Assembly: GCF_000008365.1 (NCBI RefSeq) | Contig: NC_006908.1 | Location: 150,001-182,000, forward strand | DNA length: 32,000 nucleotides | Direction of reading: 5' to 3' | DNA from: Mycoplasma mobile 163K | GTDB taxonomy: Bacteria; Bacillota_I; Bacilli_A; Mycoplasmatales; Metamycoplasmataceae | In this document: piece by piece, positions 22,491 through 32,000 of the stretch | How the letters are laid out: each line of letters begins with the position of its first letter | How positions within the stretch are numbered: position 1 is the stretch's first letter | Program-made: the position numbers and the translations under genes | Notes under the pieces: model-generated | What the model saw: the letters and a program-made list of their open reading frames with translations, nothing else | What the model was told of the DNA's origin: nothing | Databases searched by the model: none

Positions 22491-23990
22491 ATGATCAAAA
22501 AAATTGGGTTTTTTACAGCTTTAACTATCCTTGTTGGAACAATGGTAGGAATAGGAATATTTTTTAAAAATAATTCAATTTCTACTATTGTTAAGGGTAA
22601 TGGAATTGCGTGATTAATTTCGTGAATTTTAGGAGCAATTATTGCAATTTTTACAGCGCTATCTTATGTTGAAATTAGCACTGCTAAACCTAAAGAAAAA
22701 TCAGGAGGACTTTCTTATTGAGCATCAATTTTTTCTGGAAAAAAATTAGCTTATTTAACAAGATTTAACTTAGCATTTTTTTATTACCCAATTTTTGTCG
22801 TTGTCCTTGGTATTTTCGCAAGTCAAATTTTTTTCCAATTTTTAAATTTAATCGCACCAAACAGATTTGAAAATATTAGTGTTTGAATTCATGTTATTTT
22901 CGGAATTTCTATTTCCATGATTTATTTTATTTTAAATAAAATTTCAATTTGAATTGCTGGAATTCATCAAAATATTGTAACTATTTTAAAGTTTATTCCT
23001 CTTTTTGTCGCAATTATTGTTGGGTTGATATTTGCAAATACTAATAATATTGGTGGATCAAATGCATTTAATCAAGGTGCATTTGATTTTTCAAGAGCTT
23101 TATTTGCAATTCCTTCTGTTTTATTTACTTTAGATGCTTTTTTAATTGTAGCAACAATTACTCACAAAGTAAAAGGAGGAGAAAAAACTGTTACAAAAGT
23201 AGTTTTAATTGGAATGGTTTTTGTTTCAATAATTTATATTCTAGTAACAATTGCTTCAATTTTGCACAATTCAGGAACTGTAGAAAAACTTATTCAAAAT
23301 TCTTTGGCCATTGGATTTAGTAATGGAATTGCAATTTTTGTCAATTTCTTTATTTTTATTTCTGCTTTAGGTGTAATAAATGGAATGTTTACAGGTTTTA
23401 TTGGAGAAACTGAAAATTCAACATATTCTTTTACATGATTTGGGTCAAAAATTCTTACAAAAAAATTTGGACCAAAAAAAGCAATGTCATTTTTTTATTT
23501 ATTTTCTTATTCATTTTGATCGTTAATAATTTTTATTCCAGCTATTACTTTAAATTCTGATTCAATAATTGAAACAATTAGTAATTTTCCAACATTATTT
23601 TTTTTCTTGGTTTATGGACTTGTAATTTTTTTCTATGCAATAAAAAGACACAAAACAACCGAAACAAAAAAAATAAATTCTGTTCTTTTTTACTTTATTA
23701 GTATTTTTTCAATGATAGGAATTGTAGTGGCGATTTTTTCACAATTTATTGTTTTAATAATCGATGCTTCAACTTTACCTAATATTGAAGGAGCTTTTGG
23801 GACTATTGGTATCAAGTTAACAAATTTACAATTAATGATCACAACTATCATTTTTATTATTTTATTTTTCTTATTACCTTACATTAATTTTTTACTAATT
23901 AAATACTTTGAAGAAAATTTGCAAAAGAAATCTACAATTAAAACAACAAAAATGGATAAATCAAAAAAAACTTTACAAGAGAATTTTTAA
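22491..23990 (+). CDS. APC-superfamily amino acid permease, paralog 2 (499 aa)
   Basis: Clearly paralogous to the upstream gene: PSVLFxxDAFLIVxxxxxKVKGGxKTxxKVVxIGMxFxxIIYILxTIASILHN is shared. SD-like GAAAGG precedes the ATG. Confidence 0.7.
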
Positions 23991-23992
23991 AT

Positions 23993-24580
23993 ATGAATTT
24001 AAATAATATAAAAGTCATTAATTCTAATGATGATGAAGGTGAAAATTTTAACTACCCAAAACTAATTTCCACAAAAAAGGATTTATTTTTTGCAAAAAAA
24101 TTGAAAAATTTGGCCCTTCTGGATTCATTTTGCTTAATACTATTATTATTTTTTGTTTTAACTGAATTAATCATATTAATTTTGTTTTTATTATTGAATA
24201 GAAACGACATCATATCAATTTTTTCAATTGTAATTTTGGGTTTAATTATTTTATTGTTTTTTTCTAGAATAATTTTTATAAAGAAATATTTAAATTTGAA
24301 AAAAATTGTTTATGAATTTATCGATAAGTTTGATGACAAATCTCTTTTTAAATATCTAATTTACGATGATAATTTTTGATTTTGAGTCAAAACAATACTT
24401 AATCCAGTTTGGTCAATTTTATTTTTGAAATTCATATTTAAATATACAAATAAAATTATCAATCTTTTTAAAAAACCTTTATCAGAAAAAGAAATCAAAC
24501 AAATAGTCGAAAAATATGATGCTGAAAAATTTAAATATTATAAAAATAAAGAAGATTTATTTAATAAAATTAATAATTAA
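23993..24580 (+). CDS. Small membrane protein (195 aa), unknown function, coupled to permease 2
   Basis: ATG lies 2 nt after the permease stop. Two long hydrophobic helices are present. The ORF extends through two TGA codons (24377, 24383) to TAA at 24578. Confidence 0.55.
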
Positions 24581-24590
24581 ATTTCTCCAT

Positions 24591-24619
24591 TTGTCAAAAT
24601 AATAGTTTTTAAGTAAAAT
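24591..24619 (+). promoter_or_regulatory. Sigma-A type promoter for galU (TTGTCA-17 nt-TAAAAT)
   Basis: The -35 box TTGTCA is at 24591-24596, the spacer is 17 nt, and the -10 box TAAAAT is at 24614-24619. Confidence 0.45.
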
Positions 24620-24636
24620 AAGTTATCATTTATTAT

Positions 24637-25515
24637 ATGAATAAAAAAGTAAGAAAAGCAATTATCCCAGCAGCAGGATGAGGTACAAGATTTTTACCAA
24701 TAACAAAAGTAATCCACAAAGAACTACTACCAATTTTAAAAAAACCAGCAATTGAAATTTTAATTGAGGAAGCATTTGAAGCAGGAATTGAAGAGATTAT
24801 TTTGGTTATTTCTAGTAGAAAGCAAGAACTAAAAAGATATTTTGAAGTCAATCACGATTTAGAGTTAGAATTATTTAAAAACAAAAAATGAGACCTTCTT
24901 AAATCATTAAAAACAACTAATATTAATGCAAAAATTAGAATTGTTTACCAAGAAAAACAACTTGGTTTAGGACATGCAATAGCAGTGGGAGCACAATGGA
25001 TTGATGATGAACCATTCGCAGTAATTTTAGGGGATGATCTAATTAAATCAAAAGAACCAGCAATAAAACAACTTATTAGAGAATTTGATGATAAGCAAGC
25101 TTCGATTTTAGGTGTACAAGCAGTTGAAGAAAGGGATTTAAATAAATATGGTGTTGTTGTTCCTTTTAAAGGATACGATCCTAAAGATAAAAGCTTTAAA
25201 ATTATAGGAGCAGTTGAAAAACCGAAAATTGAAAATGCTCCTTCCAATAAAGCGATTCTTGGAAGATATATTTTTACTCCAAGAATAATTGATATTTTGA
25301 CAAATCTAAAACCTTCAAAAACAAGTAATGAAATAGATGTTATAGATGCCTTTTCAAAATTATTAAAAGAAGAAGATATTTATGCTTACCAATTCTCAGG
25401 GACAAGATACGATATAGGTAATATTGAAGGATTTGTAAAAGCTACAATTGATTATGCTTTAGATGATGATAAACTAAGAGAAGTGGTTTTAGAACACATT
25501 AAAGAGAAAGTTTAA
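24637..25515 (+). CDS. galU: UTP--glucose-1-phosphate uridylyltransferase GalU (292 aa)
   Basis: KAIIPAAGWGTRFLPITK (with UGA-Trp), LGHAI and VILGDD motifs are present. Two in-frame TGAs occur. Confidence 0.9.
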
Positions 25516-25518
25516 TTT

Positions 25519-26235
25519 ATGTCTTTAGAGGTTATTTTTGGTTCAAATATTTTGCTAATATTAGTAGCTTATTTTATTGGTTCAATAAATTTTTCTATCA
25601 TTGTTTCTAAAATTTTTAAAAAATCAGACATTAGAGAAAAGGGTTCAAAAAATGCAGGAGCCACTAACATGGCAAGAAATTTTGGTTTTAAAATAGGTTT
25701 TTTAGTATTTTTTTTAGATGTTTCAAAATCTTTTTGATTTGCTATAATTTCAGCAATTCTAAGAGATTTTGTCCCTTTTTTTGGAGCTGTTATTACTCAA
25801 TTAGTTGTTCTTTTTGTAATTATTGGGCATGTTTTCCCAATCTACTTCAAATTTAAAGGCGGGAAAGGCGCTGCTACAAATTTAGGAATGATCGCTTCTT
25901 TAAATATAATTCTTGCAATAATAGGTGGAATTATATTTTTTGCAATGATTTTTAGATGAAAAATTGTTTCTCTAGGCTCTTTTATTACACCATTCATTCT
26001 AGTAATTTTTATGATTATACCCTGAATGAATTCATCAATTATTGCTTATGTAGGTTATTCAGATTTTTATCAACCTGTAAGAGAATCATTTCAAGGTGCA
26101 TGATATTTATCTTCTCTATTCTTATTTTTAGCAGCTCTTATTATTTTGTTTACACATATTCCTAATATTAAAAAGTTAATAAAAAAAGAAGAATCTGTTC
26201 TTAAGTTTTCTAAAAAGTCGAAAAAACTAGCATAA
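25519..26235 (+). CDS. plsY: Glycerol-3-phosphate acyltransferase PlsY (238 aa)
   Basis: GSINFS...[20 protein letters not shown] and [14 protein letters not shown] motifs are present in a polytopic membrane protein. Five in-frame TGAs occur. Confidence 0.85.
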
Positions 26236-26244
26236 GACTTTTAT

Positions 26245-27078
26245 TTATAACCTATCATAAGTAACATTTTTCAAGTTTTTTACATAATTATTGAAAAAAA
26301 TAATGGTCCTATTTTCATCAATTTGTTTGTCTTTTAAATAAAAATTATGTTTTTTTCCAATTTGTTCAAGTGAAATAAAAATTTGATTATCATCAAAACT
26401 AGGTTGGAGACCTAGTTTTTCTATTTCTTCTGGATAATATTCACTAAGTAATTTATAAGATCCAAAAAATAATTCCTTTTGATTAATAATTTCTCATTTT
26501 ATAGAACCAATCATTGCAATTTTTATTGCATCTAATTCATATTCAATTTTCGGAAATAAGATTCCTGGAGTATCAAATAATTTAAATCTCTCAGTAATTA
26601 CTAATTGTTGACCTCTTGTTACTCCTGGCGTATTAGCAACTTTTGTTTTGGATTTATTTGCTAGTAAATTAATTAGTGTGCTCTTACCTGTGTTTGGTAA
26701 CCCTAAAATCATACCAACAGTAAAAGGATTTAAAAGGCCTCTTTTTTTATCATATTCTGTTTTTTTAAATAGAAGTTTATCAACACTTTTGATAATAATC
26801 GATCTTGTATTCTGCTTTTTCAGATTTGTAAACAAAACATCGGAATTTTCAGTTCTAAAATATCTTTCCAATTTTTGGTACTTTTTAACATCGCCATAAT
26901 CAATTTTATTAATAATAAAAAGTCTTGGTTTTTTAGGACTAATTTTATCAAATTCTTTATTATAAGTACTAATAGGTGCTCTTGAATCTAAAACAATAAT
27001 AAAAAAATCAACAAATTTCTCTTTTTCTTTGATTTGTCTTAAAGCTTTTGCCATGTGGCCAGGAAATCATTGAAACAT
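26245..27078 (-). CDS. rbgA: Ribosome biogenesis GTPase A (RbgA/YlqF, 277 aa)
   Basis: The true N-terminus MFQWFPGHMAKA was recovered through TGA upstream of the track ORF. The G-motifs are circularly permuted (NKID ... GLPNTGKST ... DTPG). The C-terminal extension through TGA 26494 was hand-translated to TAA at 26245. Confidence 0.85.
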
Positions 27079-27103
27079 ATTGTTATTATATCTTAATGCT
27101 TTT

Positions 27104-27799
27104 TTAATTAAGGTTTTTAAAGTGATTAAGTAAAATTGCTCCTGCAGATGCTACATTTAAACTTTCAAAATTTGTTTTAATATAAATAAGCTTTGATGCT
27201 AATTTCTCCATTTCTAAGCTAATTCCATTTGCTTCATTTCCTAAAACAAGCGCTAATCATTTTGGATTTTCAACTGCATCATATTCAAAAGCATCAGAAC
27301 GAAGAGTAGTAACATATATTTGATAATTATGTAAAGATTTTAAAAAATCCACTGCATTTTTGACTTTAATTAAATTTACATAAAAAAATGCGCCTTGAGA
27401 AGCTTGTAAAAATTTATGATTGTAAATATCGACACCTTCAACAATTACATCATTAAAACCAAAAGCAAAAGCACTTCTAACAAGAGTGCCCAAATTACCT
27501 GGATCATTTATATTTTCAAGAACTAAAATTCGTTTAGATTTAACTTCATAATTTACATTCATTTTTTTACAAATCGCAATAATCGGTTGACTAGTTTTGT
27601 TACTACTTATCGAATCAATAATGCTTTGAGAAACTTTAATAGCATTTTTAAACTCTACTGAAGCATAAATTTCTACCACTATATCTTTTTTTAATGCTTC
27701 TTCTACTAAATGAAATCCTTCAATAATGAAAAAGTTTTCTTGATCACGAAAATTTTTATTTTTTAATTTTTTCAAATATTTTAATTTTGCATTAGTCAT
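27104..27799 (-). CDS. SpoU/TrmH-family RNA 2'-O-methyltransferase (RlmB-like, 231 aa)
   Basis: The motifs NDPGNLGTLVRSAFAFG, LVLGNEANGIS and SLNVASAGAILL were recovered after reading through TGA 27257. Confidence 0.75.
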
Positions 27800-28313
27800 T
27801 TAATAAAAAATCTTGCCCTTTTTGTACTTCATATTTAGATAATTTTTCAAAATTTCATTGCCTCTGAATTTCATATGCAATTAAAAAAACTGTATTTGCT
27901 AAATTCAAACTTCTCATGTCTTTATCCATTGGAATTCTTAAGCAATTTTCTAGATTATTTTTTAAAATTTTTTTTGGTATTCCTGTTGATTCTGTTCCAA
28001 ACATGACAAATAAATCATCATTATTTTGATATTTTTTAAAATTTACATCACTATAATTAATTTTTCCATATCTTGTTAGATAGTAAATGCTCTTTTCACT
28101 ATGTTTTTTTAAAAAATCATCATATGTTTCATAAACTTCATGCTCAATATCTTCTAAAATTCAACCAGCTGCAGAACGTTTTAAATATTTTGGATCAAGA
28201 TCAAAAGCAATTGGTTTGATAATATGCAGTTTTGCTTGCGTTGCTTTGCAAGTTCTAATGATATTACCTGTATTTGGTGGTATTTCAGGTTGAAATAAGA
28301 CAATATTAATCAT
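27792..28313 (-). CDS. trmL: tRNA (cytidine/uridine-34 2'-O)-methyltransferase TrmL-like (173 aa)
   Basis: [22 protein letters not shown] is the canonical TrmL N-terminus. FGTESTGIP and RSLNLANTV motifs follow after TGA read-through. There is an 8-nt overlap (ATGACTAA) with the downstream methyltransferase. Confidence 0.75.
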
Positions 28314-28375
28314 TATTCTATTATATAAATTAATTATTTTATATTGTAAAATATATATACAATTTAAGGAGTTTA

Positions 28376-29284
28376 ATGAGCACAAATTCAAAAAAATATC
28401 TTTTTGCAATTGATTTAGATGGAACTGTTTTATCCAATAGTTTGACAAATGATATCCATCCTATTACAGAAAAAGCTATTAAAAGAGCAATACAAGAAGG
28501 CCACATAGTAACAATTATTACAGGAAGACCTTGAAGAAGTACCCAACCAACATATGAAAGACTCGGACTAAGAACAATTGTTGGAAATTACAATGGAGCA
28601 CATATTCACAACCCAAAAGATGAATATTTTCAACAATATATTTCGCATGTAAATTTAAATGAAATGCTTTATATCTTAGGGGATAAAAGAGTCAAAGAAA
28701 GTATTTCCAATATTGCTTTCGAAGGTCCGGGGTGAGTCCAATTGGATAAAAGAGACGAAAACTTAGAAAGAGTTTTTGGTTTTGATACTGCTGTAAAATT
28801 TGCAGTTGGTCTTGACTTAACAAAATTACCTTTAAAACCTACTGGTGTTATTATTGATATAAGAGAAGGCGTTGATGCTGCAAGATTGAAAAGATATTTA
28901 GATAGAAAATTTGGTGATTTAGGGGAATTTAGTTATTGATCTAAAGGAGAAGGTTTAACTCCAGTTTTGGATATAGTAGATGTAGGTGTGAAAAAATCAA
29001 AAGTTATATCTTTATTGATAAGATATTATGATATTGAGTTAAAAAATACTATAAGTTTTGGTGATGGACTCAACGATTTAAGTATGTTTAGAACAACTCA
29101 TATTGCAGTAGCAATGGCAAATAGTGAAGAAGAAGTGAAAAAAACTTCTACAGTTATTTCAACTTTAAGAAACGATGAAGGAGCTGTTGGAGCATATATT
29201 AATTACTTTCTAGAAAATGCTGAAGAAGAAATTGAAAAATCTGATAAAGTTAGAAAAAAAATAATTGAACCAACAATTTTTTAA
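28376..29284 (+). CDS. Cof-type HAD-IIB phosphatase (302 aa)
   Basis: Motif I is FAIDLDGTV and motif IV is [19 protein letters not shown] lies at 28366-28371. Three in-frame TGAs join the fragments. Confidence 0.8.
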
Positions 29285-29286
29285 TT

Positions 29287-29970
29287 ATGAATTTCAATGA
29301 ATATGTAACAATTGGAAGTGATGAAACAGGTGTAGGAGATTATTTAAGTCCTATTGTTGCTTGTGCAGTGTTTTTAAATCCTGAAAATATTTCGAAAATC
29401 AATAAATTAGATATAAAGGATTCAAAATTGCTAACTGATAAAAAAATTAAAGAAATAGCAAAAGAATTAAAAAAACTTGTTAGTCATTCTATTAATTATT
29501 TTTCCCAAAAAGGCTATAATAATTTGAACAAATTTTTCAATGCTCATGAAATAAAAATGTTCTTGCATTTGAAAAGCATCAATTTTTTAGAGCAAAAGCA
29601 CCAAAACATAGATTATGTAATCATCGATGCTTTTTCAGATGAAAAAAATATCGATAAATATATAGAAAAACTTGTTAATAACAAAAAATTTATGTTGCAA
29701 AATATTAAAAGTGAAAAAAAAATAATTCAAAAAGCTGAATCTTTATCATTATCAGTTGCTTGTGCATCAATTTTAGCAAGAAATTATTTGTTGGAAAAAA
29801 TGGAAGAACAAAATATAAAATACAATTCAATTTTTCCATTAGGAACAAATTCAATTGTAGAAAATTTCACATTAAAATTTGTTGAGAAAAATGGTTTTGA
29901 AGAGCTGTACAATGTTGCAAAAATTAAATTTAAAACAACAGAAAAACTTTTTGGACTTAAAAAAGCATAA
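29287..29970 (+). CDS. rnhC: Ribonuclease HIII-like, catalytic domain only (227 aa)
   Basis: IGSDETGVGDY, DSKLLTD, IIDAF, KAESLSLSVACASILAR and FKTTEK match the RNase HIII pattern (KAES rather than the HII KAD). Confidence 0.7.
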   Translation: MNFNEYVTIGSDETGVGDYLSPIVACAVFLNPENISKINKLDIKDSKLLTDKKIKEIAKELKKLVSHSINYFSQKGYNNLNKFFNAHEIKMFLHLKSINFLEQKHQNIDYVIIDAFSDEKNIDKYIEKLVNNKKFMLQNIKSEKKIIQKAESLSLSVACASILARNYLLEKMEEQNIKYNSIFPLGTNSIVENFTLKFVEKNGFEELYNVAKIKFKTTEKLFGLKKA

Positions 29971-29976
29971 AAAAAA

Positions 29977-30053
29977 TGGGGCGTATGACGGGGTTCGAAC
30001 CCGCGCATGACGGTTCCACAAACCGCTGTGTTAACCGCTTCACCACATACGCC
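29977..30053 (-). tRNA. tRNA-His (anticodon GUG) with genomically encoded G-1 and 3' CCA
   Basis: The cloverleaf was folded by hand. The acceptor stem is GCGTATG/CATACGC, with G-1:C73 and an encoded CCA. The anticodon loop is TTGTGGA (anticodon = + strand cac 30017-30019). The T-arm is GCGGG-TTCGAAC-CCCGT. Confidence 0.9.
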
Positions 30054-30122
30054 ATATTTTATTTAATTATAATAGAAAATTTTTTTATTTTTATATTAAT
30101 TAAAAAGAAAAACCCTTTAGTT

Positions 30123-30128
30123 TATAAT
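30123..30128 (+). promoter_or_regulatory. -10 box TATAAT, 7 nt upstream of ATG 30136 (probable leaderless argS transcript)
   Basis: The sequence is tataatgtatattATGaaa. The ATG at 30127 lies inside the -10 box, so it is unlikely to be the start. Confidence 0.4.
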
Positions 30129-30135
30129 GTATATT

Positions 30136-31737
30136 ATGAAACTTTTGATTAAAGAAGCACTTGAAGATGCTTTATTAAAATTAAACATTAGTAGAAAAGT
30201 TATTCTGACAGATGCAAAAGATTTTGGAGATTTTTCTTCAAATATTGCAATGGTTTTGCAAAAAGATTTAGGGAAAAACCCTTTAGAAATTGCTCAAATG
30301 ATTGTTGAAAAAATTAACAAGGAAAAATTTTTAATTGAAAAAATAGAAATTGTTAAACCAGGATTTATAAATTTTTTTCTAGATCACAAATTTTATGTTT
30401 ATTTATTAGAAAAATTTAGCAAAAATGATTTTTTAATTGAACTAGAAAAAACTTACACTTATAATCTTGAATATGTTAGTGCAAATCCAACAGGTTTTTT
30501 ACATATTGGACATGCAAGAGGCGCAGCAATTGGCGATACTTTGGCAAATATTTTAGAGTTTGCAAATAATAAAGTAATTCGAGAATATTATGTTAATGAT
30601 GCAGGAAATCAAATAAGCATTCTTGCTTATGCGCTTTATATAAGATATCAACAAATTTTAGGAAACAAAACTTTAAATTTGCCAGAAGATTCATATCACG
30701 GTGAAGATATTAAATATTTTGCAAAAATTTTTCACAAAAAATATCAAGAGAAATTTAAAAATGTTGATTATTCATTAGAAGTTGAAAATTTTTTTAAGGA
30801 TGAAGGAGTAAAAATAGCTCTTGAAAAAATTAAGTTAGATTTAAAAACTTTTAGAGTTGAATTTGATCTTTATACTTCTGAAAAATCTATTTATCCATTA
30901 ATAGAAAAATCTTTAAAAAAATTGAAAAATACTTATGAACAAGATGGTGCTCTTTGATTAAAAACAACTGATTATGGCGATGATAAGGATCGTGTTTTAA
31001 TTAAAAATGATGGAACTTATACTTATTTTGCTCCTGATTTAGCATATCACTATGTTAAAAAAACAAGAAGTGAAAACGTTGATTACTTAATAGATTTTTT
31101 TGGTGCTGATCATATTGGATATGTAAAAAGAATGCAAATAGCTCTTGAACAATTTGGTTTTAGTAAAGACACTTTAAATGTTCTAATTTTAGAAATGGTA
31201 AAATTAAGGAAAAATGGAACCGAATTTGTTATGTCAAAAAGAAAAGGAACTGCTATTTCATTAGAGGATTTGATAGAATTGATTGGTGTGGATAATGCAA
31301 GGTTTTTCTTAGTTGATCATTCTTCAAGTTCAAAATTAGATTTAGAAATTGACTTAATTGCAGAAAAAAATTTAAGTAATGGAGCTTTTATAATACAATA
31401 TGCATATGCAAGAACAAATTCAATTTTAGAAAAAACAAAAGTAACTTTAGATGTAAAATTAATTAGAAAACCTTTTGATGACAAATTTGAAATGAAATTA
31501 GTTAATGTTTTAAAGGAATTTCCAATTTTAATTGAAAAAATTGCAGAAAATTTTAAAATTCATTTATTAAGTCAATATTTAATTACTTTAGCTAAAAGTT
31601 TTAATTCTTTTTATTCTAATTCAAAGATAATTGATTCAGAAGAAGAACTAAAATTAATTTTATTAGTAAAAGCAACACAAGCAGTATTAAAAAAAGGATT
31701 GGATCTATTAAAAGTAGAGGCACCAGAAAGGATATAA
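30136..31737 (+). CDS. argS: Arginine--tRNA ligase (533 aa from ATG 30136)
   Basis: SANPTGFLHIGHARG (HIGH), GADHIGY and MSKRKG motifs are present. One in-frame TGA (30955) joins the two track fragments. Confidence 0.93.
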
Positions 31738-31738
31738 T

Positions 31739-31996
31739 ATGACAACAATTGATGTAATTATGAAAGCGTTCCAAAACGAAGAGAGTTTAAATTTCGAAGG
31801 AATTTTTTCTTTTTTAGAAAAAGAATTTAAACCACTTTGAGAACAAGAAGCGACAACAAAAAATATTACCTATGAAAATTTACTTGTAAAAAAACGTGGA
31901 GAAGTTTATAAATTATTAACTATCCATGGTGATTTTGTAAAGTTAAAAGAAAATAAGTGAACAACATACAAATTAAAAATGGAAAATTCTTTATAA
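31739..31996 (+). CDS. Small HARE-HTH protein, possible RNA polymerase delta subunit lacking the acidic tail (85 aa)
   Basis: ATG lies 1 nt after the argS stop. It contains two UGA-Trp codons. The pattern DVIMKAF...LNFEGIFSFL...RGEVYKLLTIHGDFVKLKENKW resembles the RpoE N-terminal domain (...QFYTDLNIDGRFLALSDQTW). Confidence 0.45.
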
Positions 31997-32000
31997 AAAA

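Noticed and set aside
24633-25247. Minus-strand ORFs 24633-24851 and 24945-25247.
   Set aside because: They are antisense to galU, whose product carries unmistakable family motifs.
25956-26165. A + strand 69-aa ORF in a different frame inside plsY.
   Set aside because: The plsY frame continues through TGA codons with conserved PlsY motifs. The alternative frame has no support.
26648-26899. A + strand 83-aa ORF.
   Set aside because: It is antisense to rbgA.
28314-28448. N-terminal 45-aa extension of the trmL track ORF (MSNYWIKQ...).
   Set aside because: TrmL family proteins begin at M(I/L)NIVL..PEIP. The extension would overlap the divergent HAD gene start and its SD.
29784-30008. Minus-strand 74-aa ORF.
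   Set aside because: It overlaps the tRNA-His gene and is antisense to rnhC. The product is implausible.
30054-30135. Possible T-box or riboswitch leader upstream of argS.
   Set aside because: Only about 80 nt are available, with no specifier or antiterminator structure. A -10 box sits 7 nt from the ATG, which leaves no room for a leader.

Overview
AT-rich Mollicutes-type chromosomal segment that only makes sense under translation table 4 (UGA = Trp). Nearly every break in the supplied standard-code ORF track is an in-frame TGA, often at a conserved Trp of a housekeeping protein. Re-joined, the window contains the following. (1) The last 12.7 kb (4,220 codons, 5' end off-window) of one giant Asn/Ser/Thr-rich surface protein with a single C-terminal membrane anchor. 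A 356-aa protein follows 3 nt later. This matches the gli521-p42 end of the Mycoplasma mobile-type gliding locus; the assignment comes from memory and context, not a search. (2) A convergent four-gene minus-strand cassette: three paralogous 2-TM proteins that look SLATT/DUF4231-like, plus a 90-aa acidic protein. (3) A divergent membrane / N,Q-rich / SHOCT-like protein. (4) hrcA-grpE-dnaK, with one CIRCE operator directly upstream of dnaK and a GrpE carrying an N-terminal trigger-factor-type FKBP-like domain. (5) Two tandem APC-type permease paralogs plus a small membrane protein. (6) Core housekeeping genes: galU, plsY, rbgA, two SPOUT methyltransferases, a Cof-type HAD phosphatase, a short RNase HIII, tRNA-His(GUG), argS and a small RNAP delta-like HARE-HTH protein. 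I saw no rRNA, CRISPR, transposase or prophage signatures. The points most worth follow-up are the repeat architecture of the giant protein, the degenerate FtsZ-like features of the P42-like protein, the 2-TM triplet cassette, and the FKBP-like::GrpE fusion. All similarity statements are by-eye motif recognition and need computational confirmation.
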